Source of the DNA: Macrostomum hystrix
Lineage: Eukaryota; Animalia; Platyhelminthes
Direction: 5' to 3'
NCBI GenBank assembly: GCA_950097015.1
Contig: CATNEN010000003.1
Location: 8,866,001 to 8,930,000, forward strand
Length of the DNA: 64,000 nucleotides
This document shows positions 63,097 to 64,000 of the stretch, piece by piece; the stretch's first letter is position 1, and each line of letters opens with the position of its first letter. The position numbers were made by a program, and so were the translations under genes. The notes below the pieces were generated by a model, which searched no databases, was not told where the DNA came from, and saw only the letters and a program-made list of their open reading frames with translations.

Positions 63097-64000
63097 TTGT
63101 TACAAATGACCTGGACGTTAGAATATGTATAACAAGGACTTCTCAAATCAAATGAGATTATCGATTTTTTCAGTTGGCTACTTGTAGCGAAACTAGGTCA
63201 ATTTATCAATATATAACCATTAGTAGATTCAACTCATCTAAAAAGCTATATTTTTATGTCCAGGTTTACCAGGGCAATAACTTAATTAAAGATGAGCCCT
63301 GAAGGAGGGAAAAAGCGAATGACGAAGCAAAAAATACATTGACATAGGAAATGTTACGAATATGCAAAAAACGAAAATAGGCCCCTATCAGTCGTAAAGT
63401 TTTTTATAGCTAGAACTATTTTTTAAATAATATGGTAGATGTGATTCACTGATTTCTAGCTACAAGCTGGCTAGCGAGCAAGTAATGGATGTATTGTAGA
63501 GTCGTGAGGTGCAGGTCCATGATGCTGCCATATGTTACGGAAAGAGGACGTTAAATTTTTGCTTTTCTAATAAAGACTACTAAAACAAATTCCTGCGATT
63601 CATTTTTTCAACTTTCTTGCCCTTCTTTATTTTTTGTTTTTTTTGCTGAATGCTCTTAAAAGCATTATTTCACCTCATTGTAAACTTTAAGTTTATAAGC
63701 GCTACATTTTGCCGACAAGCCCTGGCCGTAAACCCTTCTGCTGGACCACAGTAGCAGACCCAACACAAGAGCACGTGGCGCCACCAACAAGAAAAAACGT
63801 AACTATTCTGCCAGGTGTGCATGAAAGTGATCAGCAGAGTACCCGAACGCCGCCAGGATGCAGCCATCAGTCCAAGGACCACTAGGAGTAGATATTGGAT
63901 TATTATTATTTGTTTATTTACTATAGTGAACAAAATCGTACAATTGTCATGTATAAAACGATATAACAATCGGTGAAGGAACATGCTAGGCAAGTTATAT

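Overview
Animal (invertebrate-type) nuclear DNA, not prokaryotic. About half of the window (roughly 32 kb by my manual estimate) is tandem repeat. Seven protein genes can be assembled by hand with GT-AG introns: an extended-Tudor gene running off the left edge, RPL36, MRPL47, a p24/TMED GOLD-domain protein (only fragments appear in the ORF track), a claudin/PMP22-like tetraspan, a KChIP/calsenilin-like Ca2+ sensor and Par-6. Repeats comprise a 15-kb 29/32-bp satellite, about 20 further minisatellites, two tRNA-derived SINE families, a hAT/Charlie MITE with 8-bp TSDs, a decayed Ty3/gypsy PBS+gag and a possible EnSpm/CACTA transposase scrap. Most long ORFs in the track are repeat artefacts. Highlights: (1) stacked TA-GGCCC-TA insertions whose removal restores the gag frame; (2) a perfect histone 3' stem-loop with no histone gene; (3) a Par-6 semi-CRIB lacking the Cdc42-binding proline; (4) introns inflated by minisatellites, one family carried inside a MITE; (5) the mutational history of the big satellite readable along the array; (6) splice acceptors 12-26 nt before the ATG in six of seven genes, compatible with SL trans-splicing or 5'-UTR introns. 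No searches were run; all identifications are by motif recognition.
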